Source: Nitrospira sp. (GTDB lineage Bacteria > Nitrospirota > Thermodesulfovibrionia > Thermodesulfovibrionales > SM23-35). Taken from it: DNA of 39,425 nt. Where the stretch lies: positions 1-39,425 of the forward strand of contig VGWY01000001.1 of the NCBI GenBank assembly GCA_016873575.1, in the 5' to 3' direction. Every line of letters begins with the position of its first letter. Position 1 is the stretch's first letter. The notes under the pieces are model-generated. The model was not told the origin of the DNA, searched no databases, and saw only the letters and a program-made list of their open reading frames with translations. Positions 8,005 to 17,429 of this stretch are shown piece after piece. The translations under genes were made by a program, and so were the position numbers.

Positions 8005-9695
8005 GCGATTCAACTTTACCACTATCTTCTAACTTTATCCGAAACATTATTGCTGAAGATATTCAGGCAAACAAATATAACAAGAGAGTTCATACTCGAT
8101 TTCCACCAGAACCGAATGGGTATCTCCATATTGGACATGCAAAGTCTATCTGCCTCAATTTTGGACTTGCTGCTGAATTCGGGGGACTATGCAATCTTCG
8201 ATTCGATGATACCAACCCGACAAAGGAAGAGGTCGAATATGTAGAATCGATCAAAGAAGATGTCCGATGGCTTGGGTTCGATTGGGATGACAGGTTGTAT
8301 TATGCATCAGACTACTTTGAGCAGCTTTACCGGTATGCGATACAGTTAATCAAAACGGGCAATGCATATGTGTGTGACTTAAGTCCTGATGAAATGAGGG
8401 GGTATCGTGGTACACTCACTAAGCCCGGGGAAAATAGCCCGTATAGAAATCGTTCGGTCGAAGAAAACCTTGATTTGTTCGAAAGAATGAGAGCAGGTGA
8501 ATTTGAAGAAGGGTCACGAACTCTCCGGGCAAAAATTGATATGGCATCCGGGAATTTAAATATGCGTGACCCGGTAATCTATCGTATTCTCAAAGCAACA
8601 CATCACAGGACAGGCGACAAATGGTGTATTTATCCGATGTACGACTTTGCACACTGCATTTCAGATTCAATCGAAGGGATTACTCATTCAATTTGTACGT
8701 TGGAATTTGAAGACCATCGTCCCTTATACGACTGGTTTCTTGATGAATTGAACGTTTATCATCCCCAACAGATCGAATTTACACGCCTGAACCTCAGTTA
8801 TACTGTATTGAGTAAACGAAAACTGATAGAGTTGGTAGCAGGGGGGTATGTCACTGGATGGGATGATCCACGAATGCCTACCATATCAGGGTTGCGCAGA
8901 CGTGGCTTTACGCCAGAATCAATCAGAAACTTTTGTGAACGTATTGGAGTAGCCAGGAGAGAGAGCATGGTTGATATGGCACTGCTTGAACACTGTCTCC
9001 GCGAAGATTTGAATAAACATGCTTTGCGTGTTATGGCAGTGTTGCGCCCTCTCATGGTGGTGATAGACAATTATCCTGAAGATCAGGTTGAAGAACTATG
9101 TGCTATCAATAACCCGGAAGATCTTGAAATGGGAACACGGAAGGTTCCTTTTTCACGCATACTGTATATTGAACAGGATGATTTTCGTGAAGACCCACCA
9201 AAACAATTCTTCCGTTTAGCTCCAGGCCGAGAAGTACGGTTGCGGTATGCATACTTTATCAAATGTATCAGGGTGGTGAAAGATGATCGCACAGGTGAAG
9301 TGATTGAATTACACTGTACGTATGATCCAAAGACACGAGGTGGTGATGCCCCGGACAGACGAAAAGTCAAGGCAACGTTACACTGGGTTTCTGCTGCACA
9401 TGCACTTGAAGCTGAAGTACGTCTGTATGATAATCTTTTTATAAAAGCTGATCCAAATGAGGGAGAGGAAGGGCAAGATTTCAAATCTTATTTAAATCCA
9501 AACTCGTTAGGGATATTGAAGTCGTGCCGTGTTGAACCAAGTTTGGCTGGAGCATTACCAGGGAGCAATTACCAGTTTGAACGGCAGGGCTATTTCTGTG
9601 TCGATCCTGATTCAACTTCCCATAAGCTTGTATTTAATCGGGCGGTATCATTAAGAGATACATGGGCAAAAATTGAGAAAAAGCAGATTCAATGA
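8001..9695 (+). CDS. glnS: Glutaminyl-tRNA synthetase
   Basis: [11 protein letters not shown]...[20 protein letters not shown] is very close to the E. coli GlnS N-terminus. VLSKRKL is the KMSKS-like motif. There is an ATGA overlap with gltX. Confidence 0.9.
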   Translation: MSDSTLPLSSNFIRNIIAEDIQANKYNKRVHTRFPPEPNGYLHIGHAKSICLNFGLAAEFGGLCNLRFDDTNPTKEEVEYVESIKEDVRWLGFDWDDRLYYASDYFEQLYRYAIQLIKTGNAYVCDLSPDEMRGYRGTLTKPGENSPYRNRSVEENLDLFERMRAGEFEEGSRTLRAKIDMASGNLNMRDPVIYRILKATHHRTGDKWCIYPMYDFAHCISDSIEGITHSICTLEFEDHRPLYDWFLDELNVYHPQQIEFTRLNLSYTVLSKRKLIELVAGGYVTGWDDPRMPTISGLRRRGFTPESIRNFCERIGVARRESMVDMALLEHCLREDLNKHALRVMAVLRPLMVVIDNYPEDQVEELCAINNPEDLEMGTRKVPFSRILYIEQDDFREDPPKQFFRLAPGREVRLRYAYFIKCIRVVKDDRTGEVIELHCTYDPKTRGGDAPDRRKVKATLHWVSAAHALEAEVRLYDNLFIKADPNEGEEGQDFKSYLNPNSLGILKSCRVEPSLAGALPGSNYQFERQGYFCVDPDSTSHKLVFNRAVSLRDTWAKIEKKQIQ

Positions 9696-9697
9696 AC

Positions 9698-9856
9698 TAC
9701 CCCGCAGCAAGCTGCGAGGTATCTAACATCTCCCCTCCCTTGACGGGAGGGGATGAAGGGGAGGGTGAAATGAAGCATAAAATCACCCCCACCCTGACCC
9801 CCCCCATCAATGGGGAGGGAATAAGAGGAAACCCCGAAGCAGAGCTTCGAGGAATT
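9698..9856. repeat. Composite repeat: two family-G hairpins bracketing C-tract/G-tract palindromes
   Basis: ccccgcagcaagctgcgagg (about 9699-9719) and ccccgaagcagagcttcgagg (about 9832-9852) are similar hairpins in the same orientation. Between them lie tcccctcccttgacgggagggga and ggggagggtga...tcacccccaccc. Confidence 0.7.
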
Positions 9857-9930
9857 CTTTAGATTAAAAGGATACGGGATTCATGAAAAAAATATTCGAC
9901 ATCTTGCATCATGTATCGTGTATTATGTAA

Positions 9931-10935
9931 GTGATAAAGATGGGCTATATTGCTGTTATCGGTGCTGGTAGTTGGGGAACAACCCTTGCGTACCTTCTTG
10001 CAAAGAAGGGTTTTGACATATCACTATGGGTTCATGAAGAAGACCTTGCTGAGGAAATAAATAAAACACGGAACAATAGCATCTATTTACCAAACATTAC
10101 ACTCCCCGATAATATCACTGTTACAAACCAGATTGAAGAAGCTGTAAAAAAAGCACGGTATGTTTTAAATGTTGTTCCAACACAATATATCAGGTCAGTA
10201 TTCAAAAAAGCCATTCCGTATATTCAAGAAGATGCAATCATCATTAATGCTGCGAAAGGGATAGAAAGAGGAACGCTTTTAACGGTATCCTCAATATTAA
10301 AAGAACTTTTAGAGCATTCTCTTGCAGTACTTTCGGGCCCAAGTTTTGCCAAGGAGGTCATAAAGAACTTACCAACTGCTGTAACATTAGCAATCAAAGA
10401 TCGGGTTAAAGGGCTTTTACTGCAGGAGATCTTTAATACAAATTATTTCAGGGTATATACCCATGATGACATTCTCGGTGTTGAGCTTGGCGGAGCTTTA
10501 AAAAATGTAATAGCGATTGCATCAGGGATATGTGATGGCCTTGGACTGGGACATAATTCACGGGCTGCCCTCATAACGAGGGGGCTTATCGAAATGAAGA
10601 GACTCGGAGTTGCTATGGGAGCAAAGGAAGAGACGTTTTCCGGACTGAGCGGACTTGGCGATTTGGTATTAACATGCACAGGTCCCCTGTCAAGAAATTA
10701 CACGGTTGGCATAAAACTCGCTCAGGGGATGAAATTATCGGATATCCTTGCACAGACAAAAATGGTTGCAGAAGGGGTAGCAACCGCAGAATCAGCTTTC
10801 GAACTTTCTCAAAAATATCAAATCGAAACCCCGATTATAGAGCAGGTCTATCAAGTTATATACAAGGATAAAGACCCTGCAGTTGCTGTCTATGATTTAA
10901 TGAACAGGCCATTAAAGCCTGAGTTTTATGGATAG
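9931..10935 (+). CDS. gpsA: NAD(P)H-dependent glycerol-3-phosphate dehydrogenase
   Basis: IAVIGAGSWGTTLA Rossmann motif and ...GALKNVIAIA.GI.DGLGLG.N... The start is either GTG 9931 or ATG 9940. Confidence 0.85.
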   Translation: MIKMGYIAVIGAGSWGTTLAYLLAKKGFDISLWVHEEDLAEEINKTRNNSIYLPNITLPDNITVTNQIEEAVKKARYVLNVVPTQYIRSVFKKAIPYIQEDAIIINAAKGIERGTLLTVSSILKELLEHSLAVLSGPSFAKEVIKNLPTAVTLAIKDRVKGLLLQEIFNTNYFRVYTHDDILGVELGGALKNVIAIASGICDGLGLGHNSRAALITRGLIEMKRLGVAMGAKEETFSGLSGLGDLVLTCTGPLSRNYTVGIKLAQGMKLSDILAQTKMVAEGVATAESAFELSQKYQIETPIIEQVYQVIYKDKDPAVAVYDLMNRPLKPEFYG

Positions 10936-11665
10936 CTCAAAAATCAAGAAAATCCTCGAATCAGTCAAATCTGGCAAAAGTAGTATTGAAAAGGCATTAG
11001 ACAACTTAAAGCACCTCCCCTATGAAGACCTTTCATTCGCTAAAGTAGACCACCACAGACATATAAGGCAGGGGATTCCAGAGGTAATATTTGCTGAAGG
11101 CAAAAAGACAGAAGATGTTATTGCAATCGCACATTCCATGCATAAAAGAAGCAAGAAACTGTTAATCACCAAGGCATCAAAAGAGATATATGATGGCCTC
11201 AAGATTCAGAATGCAGTCTTTTACCCTTCATCACGCGTCATATCAGCAGGTGGTGAAGAAAAGAAAAAAGGACATATCCTTATACTTTCTGCAGGGACAT
11301 CTGATATCCCTGTTGCAGAAGAGGCAGCAGTAACAGCAACATTTCTTGGAAGCAAGGTTGAAGCTGTACATGATGTTGGTGTTGCTGGACTCCATAGACT
11401 TATGGATTACAAAAAGTCCTTTCATTCTGCAAGGGTAATCGTAGTCGTCGCTGGGATGGAAGGAGCCCTCCCATCTGTTGTTGGTGGTTTTATAGATAAA
11501 CCAATCATCGCAGTTCCAACATCAATAGGATATGGTACCAGCATTGGCGGACTCACAGCCCTCTTTGCAATGCTCAATTCCTGCGTGCCTGGGATTGCTG
11601 TGATGAACATAGATAACGGCTTCGGGGCAGGTTGTCTGGCTCATAAGATAAATTCGTTAATTTGA
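10928..11665 (+). CDS. larB: LarB-like (AIR-carboxylase/PurE fold) nickel-pincer cofactor biosynthesis protein
   Basis: DHHRHIRQGIPEVIFAEGK, ILSAGTSDIPVAEEA and VVAGMEGALPSVVGG are typical of LarB / circadian-phase-modifier-type PurE-like proteins. Confidence 0.7.
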   Translation: MDSSKIKKILESVKSGKSSIEKALDNLKHLPYEDLSFAKVDHHRHIRQGIPEVIFAEGKKTEDVIAIAHSMHKRSKKLLITKASKEIYDGLKIQNAVFYPSSRVISAGGEEKKKGHILILSAGTSDIPVAEEAAVTATFLGSKVEAVHDVGVAGLHRLMDYKKSFHSARVIVVVAGMEGALPSVVGGFIDKPIIAVPTSIGYGTSIGGLTALFAMLNSCVPGIAVMNIDNGFGAGCLAHKINSLI

Positions 11666-11694
11666 CATTCTTTTAAAAACTGATTTATACTGAA

Positions 11695-11788
11695 GTTATC
11701 CCTGGGGGAGGCTGAAAAGCCTGAGAGTCCCAATATAAGCGGGAGACCCCACGAACCTGATACGGATAATTCCGGCGTAGGGAATGGG
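11695..11788 (+). promoter_or_regulatory. TPP (THI-box) riboswitch
   Basis: ctgggggaggctgaaaagcCTGAGAgtccc...gagACCCcacGAACCTGATacGGATAATtCCgGCGTAGGGAAtggg matches the TPP riboswitch core and lies directly upstream of thiS. Confidence 0.9.
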
Positions 11789-11796
11789 AAGGTAGA

Positions 11797-11830
11797 CCGT
11801 ATCCCTTCAGGGATGCGGTTTTTTGTTTTT
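11797..11830 (+). terminator. Riboswitch expression-platform intrinsic terminator
   Basis: 9-bp stem ccgtatccc/gggatgcgg with loop ttca, followed by ttttttgttttt. Confidence 0.7.
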
Positions 11831-12031
11831 ATGAGACTGATAGTTAACGGCGAAGAAATAGAAAAATTACATGTGGAGACCATTCATGACCTTCTGAATG
11901 AGCTTCACATCGAAAAGGGCAGGGTTGCGGTTGAAGTAAACCTGACGATAATAAAGAAGGCTGACTACTCAACCTTCACGCTGAGTGACGGAGACAAGGT
12001 TGAGATAGTGAATTTTGTAGGGGGAGGATGA
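11831..12031 (+). CDS. thiS: Sulfur-carrier protein ThiS
   Basis: MRLIVNGEEIE... ending in VGGG, 66 aa, upstream of thiG. The track start at 11813 lies inside the terminator stem. Confidence 0.75.
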   Translation: MRLIVNGEEIEKLHVETIHDLLNELHIEKGRVAVEVNLTIIKKADYSTFTLSDGDKVEIVNFVGGG

Positions 12032-12086
12032 TAGGGATTCTTTGATGATTTGCTCCCTGGTTGAGCATGTCATTGTTGCCCCTTTT

Positions 12087-12155
12087 GTCATTCCCGCGAA
12101 AGCGGGAATCCAGATCAAGAAAAACAACTGGATTCCGCATCAAGTGCGGAATGAC
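12087..12155. repeat. Family A hairpin repeats (pair, mutually inverted)
   Basis: gtcattcccgcgaaagcgggaatcc (12087-12111) and ggattccgcatcaagtgcggaatgac (12130-12155). Relatives are at 17277-17299 and 25675-25760. Confidence 0.8.
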
Positions 12156-12165
12156 AGCATTTTTA

Positions 12166-12211
12166 CATGGATGCTGGTTGAAAGCTCCGACTTTCAGTCG
12201 GAGAGCTTCAC
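12166..12211 (+). repeat. Family B hairpin repeat, copy 1
   Basis: catggatgctggttgaaagctccgactttcagtcggagagcttcac is near-identical to 30164-30205 and 30235-30269. Confidence 0.85.
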
Positions 12212-12243
12212 TGAATCACATTTGTGAAATTAAGGAGACCAAT

Positions 12244-13014
12244 ATGGATGATAAATTGATTATTAAAGGAATTGAATTTAAATCACGGCTCTGGGTAGGA
12301 ACAGGAAAATATAAGGATTTTGAGGAGACAAAGAGGGCTGTTGAGGCTTCAGGATCTGATGTTGTGACCGTTGCTGTGAGGAGGGTAAATATTATTGACA
12401 GAAAGTCCGAAAACCTTCTCGATTATATTGACCCTAAAAAATACAAAATACTTCCGAACACTGCAGGTTGCTACACCGTAGAGGATGCACTGAGGTATTC
12501 AAGACTCGCACGGGAAGCAGGCATCTCAGACCTTATAAAGCTTGAGGTAATCGGAGATGAAAAGACACTCTTTCCGGATGTATGCGGATTACTGAAAGCC
12601 ACGGAGATACTTGCAAAGGAAGGACTTATTGTCCTTCCATACACAAATGATGATCCTGTAATTGCAAAAAGGCTTGTAGATGCAGGTGCTGCTGCAGTTA
12701 TGCCGCTTGGTGCACCGATTGGTTCTGGCCTTGGAATCAGGAATCCATACAACATAAAGATAATCCTTGAAACATTGAATATCCCGGTTATTGTAGATGC
12801 AGGTGTAGGAACTGCATCTGATGCAACCATAGCGATGGAGCTCGGTTGTGATGCTGTATTAATCAATACAGGCATTGCAGGTGCTAAGGATCCGATTGCC
12901 ATGGCAGAGGCTATGAAACATGCTGTTATTGCAGGCAGACTTGCGTATAAGGCTGGAAGGATTCCGAAAAGATTATATGCAACTGCAAGCAGTCCGATTG
13001 AGGGAATGCTCTAA
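12244..13014 (+). CDS. thiG: Thiazole synthase
   Basis: [19 protein letters not shown]...LPNTAGC...[19 protein letters not shown] lies before ATG 12244. The track start at 12061 runs through repeats A and B. Confidence 0.9.
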   Translation: MDDKLIIKGIEFKSRLWVGTGKYKDFEETKRAVEASGSDVVTVAVRRVNIIDRKSENLLDYIDPKKYKILPNTAGCYTVEDALRYSRLAREAGISDLIKLEVIGDEKTLFPDVCGLLKATEILAKEGLIVLPYTNDDPVIAKRLVDAGAAAVMPLGAPIGSGLGIRNPYNIKIILETLNIPVIVDAGVGTASDATIAMELGCDAVLINTGIAGAKDPIAMAEAMKHAVIAGRLAYKAGRIPKRLYATASSPIEGML

Positions 13015-13018
13015 GGCA

Positions 13019-13654
13019 GTGAATAGTGAACAGTTACAGGATTTAAAACTTTATTTAATAACTGATAGGAAGTTATTTAACGCAAATTGTTCATTATACA
13101 TTGCACTTGAAGATGCGCTTTATACAGGCGTGAAAGCTATCCAATTAAGGGAAAAGGATTTGCAGACGAGAGAATTACTTGATATGGCATACTGGATGAA
13201 AGAGCTGACAGGGGAATATGGTGCACAATTGTTTATTAATGACAGGGTTGATGTTGCACTTGCTGTTGAAGCAGATGGGGTACATCTCGGACAGAACGGT
13301 ATCCCTGCGCATGCAGTGAGAAACATATCAGGTGATAGACTTCTCATCGGGGTATCGACTCACAGTATCAATGAAGCTATGCAGGCAGAAAAAGATGGAG
13401 CAGATTTTATAACCCTCGGTCCGATTTACCAGACTCCGTCTAAACTCAAGTATGGCAAACCGATTGGTATTGATACCCTCAGGGAAGTAAAATCAAAGGT
13501 AGCTATACCTGTTCTTGCAATCGGAGGGATAAAACTCAATAATGTCGAAGAAGTAATGGGTGCAGGTGCTGATGGTGTGGCATTGATAACTGCAATCCTT
13601 ACAGCAGAGAATATAAAGAAAACGACTGAGTGTTTTATTAGGTTAGTAAAATGA
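13019..13654 (+). CDS. thiE: Thiamine-phosphate synthase (GTG start)
   Basis: LYLITDR...IQLREKD...INDRVDVALAV.ADGVHLGQ...GPIY.T.SK. The in-frame GTG at 13019 lies just after the thiG stop, whereas the track ATG at 12920 would overlap thiG by 95 nt. Confidence 0.85.
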   Translation: MNSEQLQDLKLYLITDRKLFNANCSLYIALEDALYTGVKAIQLREKDLQTRELLDMAYWMKELTGEYGAQLFINDRVDVALAVEADGVHLGQNGIPAHAVRNISGDRLLIGVSTHSINEAMQAEKDGADFITLGPIYQTPSKLKYGKPIGIDTLREVKSKVAIPVLAIGGIKLNNVEEVMGAGADGVALITAILTAENIKKTTECFIRLVK

Positions 13655-13668
13655 AACCTTATGCATTA

Positions 13669-13769
13669 GAAAGACACAAAGTATAATGAAAATGTCATTG
13701 CGAGGAGGTCGTTACGACCGACGAAGCAATCTCAAAGATGAGATTCTTCGCTATGTTTAGAATGACAGG
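13669..13769 (+). repeat. Family C long hairpin repeat, copy 1 (partly decayed)
   Basis: aaagacacaaagtataatgaaaatgtcattgcgagg...cgacgaagcaatctc...gagattcttcg...gaatgacag is alignable to 31422-31530. Confidence 0.8.
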
Positions 13770-13785
13770 AAAAGGAGTATTTCGG

Positions 13786-15072
13786 GTGACAAGGATAGAA
13801 GTGGCAAAGAAGGGAATTATTAGTGATGAATGTAAGGAGGCTGCGCTTTATGAAGGCATATCTCCTGAGAGACTTGCTCATGATATTGCACAGGGTGTAA
13901 CGGTAATTCCGAAAAATATGAATCACGACATAAAGCCAATTGGCATAGGAAGGGGTCTGAGGACAAAAGTCAATGTCAATATAGGGACTTCAAAGGACAG
14001 GGTCTCTTTTGATGAAGAGATGGAAAAACTCGATGTTTCGATAAAATTTGGGGCTGACGCTGTCATGGACCTCTCAACAGGAGGACCTATTAAGGACATG
14101 AGGAGACTTCTTTTAAGAAAATCTCCTATCCCGGTCGGGACAGTACCAATATATGAGGCTGCAGTAAGGGCTGTGGATGCCCATAAGATAATAGCAAAGA
14201 TGACTCCTGACGACATCTTCAATGTAATAGAAGAACATGCAGAAGAAGGGGTAGATTTTGTCACAGTTCATTGCGGATTAACAAGAAAGGCTGTTGAGAG
14301 ATTGAAAGATGAAGGCAGGGTTCTTGACATTGTAAGCCGTGGTGGTTCATTCCTTTTAGAATGGATGATTTACAATGACAAAGAAAATCCATTCTATGAA
14401 CATTATGATAGACTCCTCGAAATTGCAAAAAAATATGATGTAACGTTAAGCCTCGGAGATGGGTTACGTCCTGGTTGCCTCGAGGACGCAACAGATAGAA
14501 GCCAGATTGAGGAATTACTGACCATAGGAGAGTTGAGAGATAAAGCTTTAGAAGAAGGAGTTCAGACAATCATTGAGGGCCCAGGCCATGTTCCTTTAAA
14601 CCAGGTAGAATTGAACATAAAGATTCAGAAAGAGATATGCAAAGGTGCTCCTTTCTATGTGCTGGGACCGCTTGTGACTGACATTGCTATGGGTTATGAC
14701 CATATTGCAGCAGCTATAGGTGGAGCCATTGCAGGAGCAGCAGGCGCTGATTTTCTCTGTTATGTCACACCTGCAGAGCATATCAGGCTTCCCAATATCG
14801 AAGATGTAAAAGAAGGACTTATAGCTTTAAAGATAGCAGCCCATGCAGCAGATATTGCAAAGGGAATCTTAGGTGCAATAGAACTTGATAGAAAGATGGC
14901 AAGATGCAGGAAAAACCTCGACTGGAATGGTCAGATTGCATTAAGCCTCGATCCTGACAAGGTGCGTAAATGGAGGGCAGAGGTACCTCCCACAGAGGAT
15001 GAGGTTTGCTCGATGTGCGGGGAATTCTGTGCAATAAGAACTGTAGAGAAGGCACTGAAGAAAAAGGGATGA
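13786..15072 (+). CDS. thiC: Phosphomethylpyrimidine synthase (GTG start)
   Basis: VTRIEVAKKGIIS... matches short-form ThiC N-termini. C-terminal CSMCGEFCAIR is the Fe-S motif. AAAGGAG lies 8 nt before GTG 13786. Confidence 0.9.
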   Translation: MTRIEVAKKGIISDECKEAALYEGISPERLAHDIAQGVTVIPKNMNHDIKPIGIGRGLRTKVNVNIGTSKDRVSFDEEMEKLDVSIKFGADAVMDLSTGGPIKDMRRLLLRKSPIPVGTVPIYEAAVRAVDAHKIIAKMTPDDIFNVIEEHAEEGVDFVTVHCGLTRKAVERLKDEGRVLDIVSRGGSFLLEWMIYNDKENPFYEHYDRLLEIAKKYDVTLSLGDGLRPGCLEDATDRSQIEELLTIGELRDKALEEGVQTIIEGPGHVPLNQVELNIKIQKEICKGAPFYVLGPLVTDIAMGYDHIAAAIGGAIAGAAGADFLCYVTPAEHIRLPNIEDVKEGLIALKIAAHAADIAKGILGAIELDRKMARCRKNLDWNGQIALSLDPDKVRKWRAEVPPTEDEVCSMCGEFCAIRTVEKALKKKG

Positions 15073-15830
15073 AGACAGCTCTTACTATGGCTGGCACTGA
15101 CCCAACAGGTGGGGCAGGGCTGCAGGCAGATTTAAAGGTCTTCAGGGCATTTGATGTACACGGGCTTTCTGTCGTATCTGCCATCACTGCGCAGAACACA
15201 GAAGGTGTTGATTCTTTCTTTCCTGTCAATAGAGATTTTTTCGAGAAGCAACTTCATATACTTCTCTCTGATATTAGACCTGATGCAATAAAAACAGGGA
15301 TGCTTTATAGCAGATGGGCTATTGAAATTATTTCCAGGATTGTAAAGGAATATTCGCTAAGCAATTTTGTTATTGATCCTGTCACAATCTCTTCATCAGG
15401 CACGATCCTTGTTGAGGATGGGACTTTAGATGAATTAAGAGAAAAACTCTTCCCGCTTTCAAAGGTAATCACACCAAATATATATGAGGCGTCTCTTTTT
15501 ACAGGTATCATGATTGAGGATGAAAAGGATATGGAAAAAGCTGCTCAGGTATTGAAAGATATGGGGCCTGAGGTCGTTGTCATTACCGGTGGTCACCTCG
15601 AAGAAATAGCTTTAGACCTTTATTGTGACGGTGACTTTCATACGATAGAGTGTAAAAAGATAGAGGGTGAATATCATGGGACTGGATGTGCATTTTCTGC
15701 TGCTGTCACTGCTCTCCTTGCCCTTGGCCATACGCCTTTTGAATCAGTAAAAAAGGCAAAGGAATTCGTAGAGAACGCAATAGAAAAAGCTTACCATCCT
15801 GGCAGAGGTATGGGGCTACTTAATTTGTAA
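15069..15830 (+). CDS. thiD: Hydroxymethylpyrimidine/phosphomethylpyrimidine kinase
   Basis: ALTMAGTDPTGGAGLQADLK...GTGCAFSAA. There is an ATGA overlap with the thiC stop. Confidence 0.9.
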   Translation: MKTALTMAGTDPTGGAGLQADLKVFRAFDVHGLSVVSAITAQNTEGVDSFFPVNRDFFEKQLHILLSDIRPDAIKTGMLYSRWAIEIISRIVKEYSLSNFVIDPVTISSSGTILVEDGTLDELREKLFPLSKVITPNIYEASLFTGIMIEDEKDMEKAAQVLKDMGPEVVVITGGHLEEIALDLYCDGDFHTIECKKIEGEYHGTGCAFSAAVTALLALGHTPFESVKKAKEFVENAIEKAYHPGRGMGLLNL

Positions 15831-15858
15831 TTTTTCAATATATATACAATACAAAAGG

Positions 15859-16320
15859 ATGAAATACTATCACGAAATTTTGGCTGAAGGACAGGACTTT
15901 GAGACCTGCAAAAGGAAGGTCTTGCATTTCTTTCATAATTACCAATTAGTCCGCTACTCTCGTATTGATGTGCTGGAAGGAGAAAGCATACAAGCTTCCA
16001 ACCCTGTATTCTGGGAAAGGTTAGAAAAGGCGATTCTTAACAACCGACGCGTACTACAAAACCTTATAGCAGAACTTGAAGATGAAGGCATAAAGGCATT
16101 GAAAGAATTAAATAAATTACCTCAGGGGTATAAGTCGAAGATGCTCCATACAATAACCCATCTGCTTGATGGTTTCTTCGGGATTGATACTTATTTTTAC
16201 AATCTGGAAGAAGACTCTCACTGGGTCTCAGAAGGTTTAAAGGAGAAAATTAGATCGTCACCGTCAAGATACTTTCTTTTATACCTTCAATGCCGAATCT
16301 TTGATACTAATACCGATTAA
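15859..16320 (+). CDS. Hypothetical protein (153 aa)
   Basis: Clean ORF in a tight gene array. I recognise no motif. Confidence 0.5.
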   Translation: MKYYHEILAEGQDFETCKRKVLHFFHNYQLVRYSRIDVLEGESIQASNPVFWERLEKAILNNRRVLQNLIAELEDEGIKALKELNKLPQGYKSKMLHTITHLLDGFFGIDTYFYNLEEDSHWVSEGLKEKIRSSPSRYFLLYLQCRIFDTNTD

Positions 16321-16363
16321 ACCCTCATGAGCCTTTAGCTCACAAAATGTTACAATATCCAAT

Positions 16364-17251
16364 ATGACCGATTATATTGATAAATTCTTACGGTATCTTG
16401 AGGTTGAAAGGGCTGCGTCAAACCATACACTGAGGGCTTACCGGAAGGACCTTGAGGAATTTTTCGAGTATGTACAATCACAACCAGAAAATATAGACAT
16501 GATTGATGTTCGTGGTTTTATTGCAGAGCAGATTAAAAATGGTCTTACAAAGACTACTGCCAGCAGAAGGCTTGCGACTGTCAGGTCATTCTTTAAATTT
16601 CTTCATCGAGAAGGCTATATAAAATCAAACCCTGCAAAGCTTGTTTCAAACCCCAGGGTACCAAAACTGCTTCCAAAGTATCTTTCTATTGATGAGGTAT
16701 TTTCCCTTGTTGAAAAGCCTGAGGGTATAGGTTTTCTGCTTGCAAGAGACAGGGCAATCCTTGAACTCCTCTATTCAAGTGGTTTGAGGGTAAGTGAACT
16801 TTCAGGACTCAATATTGATGACCTCAATATAAAAGAAGGAATGATAAAGGTAAGAGGGAAGGGGAGAAAGGAGCGTATTGTCCCTGTGGGTTCAAAAGCG
16901 ATCGATGCAATAAAATCATATACGGTTGAGAGAATGTTGCTAAAAAGTAAGGATACCGCCTTTTTTCTCAATAGAAGGGGCACACGATTAACAGACAGAG
17001 GGGTAAGACGTATAGTAGTAAAATATGCGAGGGTTTTAGGCATTGACAGACAGATAGGACCTCACACACTACGACATACATTTGCTACCCATTTACTTCA
17101 CGGAGGAGCAGACCTCAGGGTGTTACAGGAGCTTCTGGGACATTCATCACTTTCGACAACACAGAAATATACGCACCTTGATATTACACATTTAATGGAT
17201 GTATATGACAAGGCACACCCTTTTGCAAAAGAGGGACATGATGATGTATGA
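16364..17251 (+). CDS. xerC: Tyrosine recombinase XerC/XerD family
   Basis: SAM-like N-domain. Catalytic residues are in RVSEL, HTLRHTFATHLL and LGHSSLSTTQKYTHL. The position upstream of hslVU favours xerC. Confidence 0.85.
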   Translation: MTDYIDKFLRYLEVERAASNHTLRAYRKDLEEFFEYVQSQPENIDMIDVRGFIAEQIKNGLTKTTASRRLATVRSFFKFLHREGYIKSNPAKLVSNPRVPKLLPKYLSIDEVFSLVEKPEGIGFLLARDRAILELLYSSGLRVSELSGLNIDDLNIKEGMIKVRGKGRKERIVPVGSKAIDAIKSYTVERMLLKSKDTAFFLNRRGTRLTDRGVRRIVVKYARVLGIDRQIGPHTLRHTFATHLLHGGADLRVLQELLGHSSLSTTQKYTHLDITHLMDVYDKAHPFAKEGHDDV

Positions 17252-17276
17252 TAGTTTTGAGGGTACAGTATTGTAT

Positions 17277-17299
17277 GTCATTCCCGCTTGCCGGGAATC
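17277..17299. repeat. Family A hairpin repeat (single copy), possible xerC terminator
   Basis: gtcattcccgcttgccgggaatc followed by tttctt. A degenerate family-C 3' half (gattgcggacaagccacaatgacag) lies at 17351-17375. Confidence 0.6.
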
Positions 17300-17429
17300 T
17301 TTCTTACTGAATAATCAACTTTTCACACTTTTTGTAAATTGGAAAAGAAGGATTGCGGACAAGCCACAATGACAGAAAAACTTGAGATGCCACTTTACAA
17401 ACGTTAAGAATAACGGAGATATTAATTCC

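Noticed and set aside
9883-9930. 15-codon uORF (MKKIFDILHHVSCIM) ending right at the gpsA GTG
   Set aside because: It has only a weak SD, no recognisable leader-peptide logic and no adjacent attenuator hairpin. This is most likely chance in an AT-rich spacer.
12061-12243. N-terminal 61 codons of track ORF 12061..13014 ([30 protein letters not shown]...)
   Set aside because: This stretch is a translation of the family A and B repeats. thiG has a proper AAGGAG-ATG start at 12244 that matches homologue N-termini. The same logic trims 13738->13786 (thiC), 17382->17430 (hslV), 2968->3214 (rpsF), 12920->13019 (thiE), 15006->15069 (thiD) and 11813->11831 (thiS).
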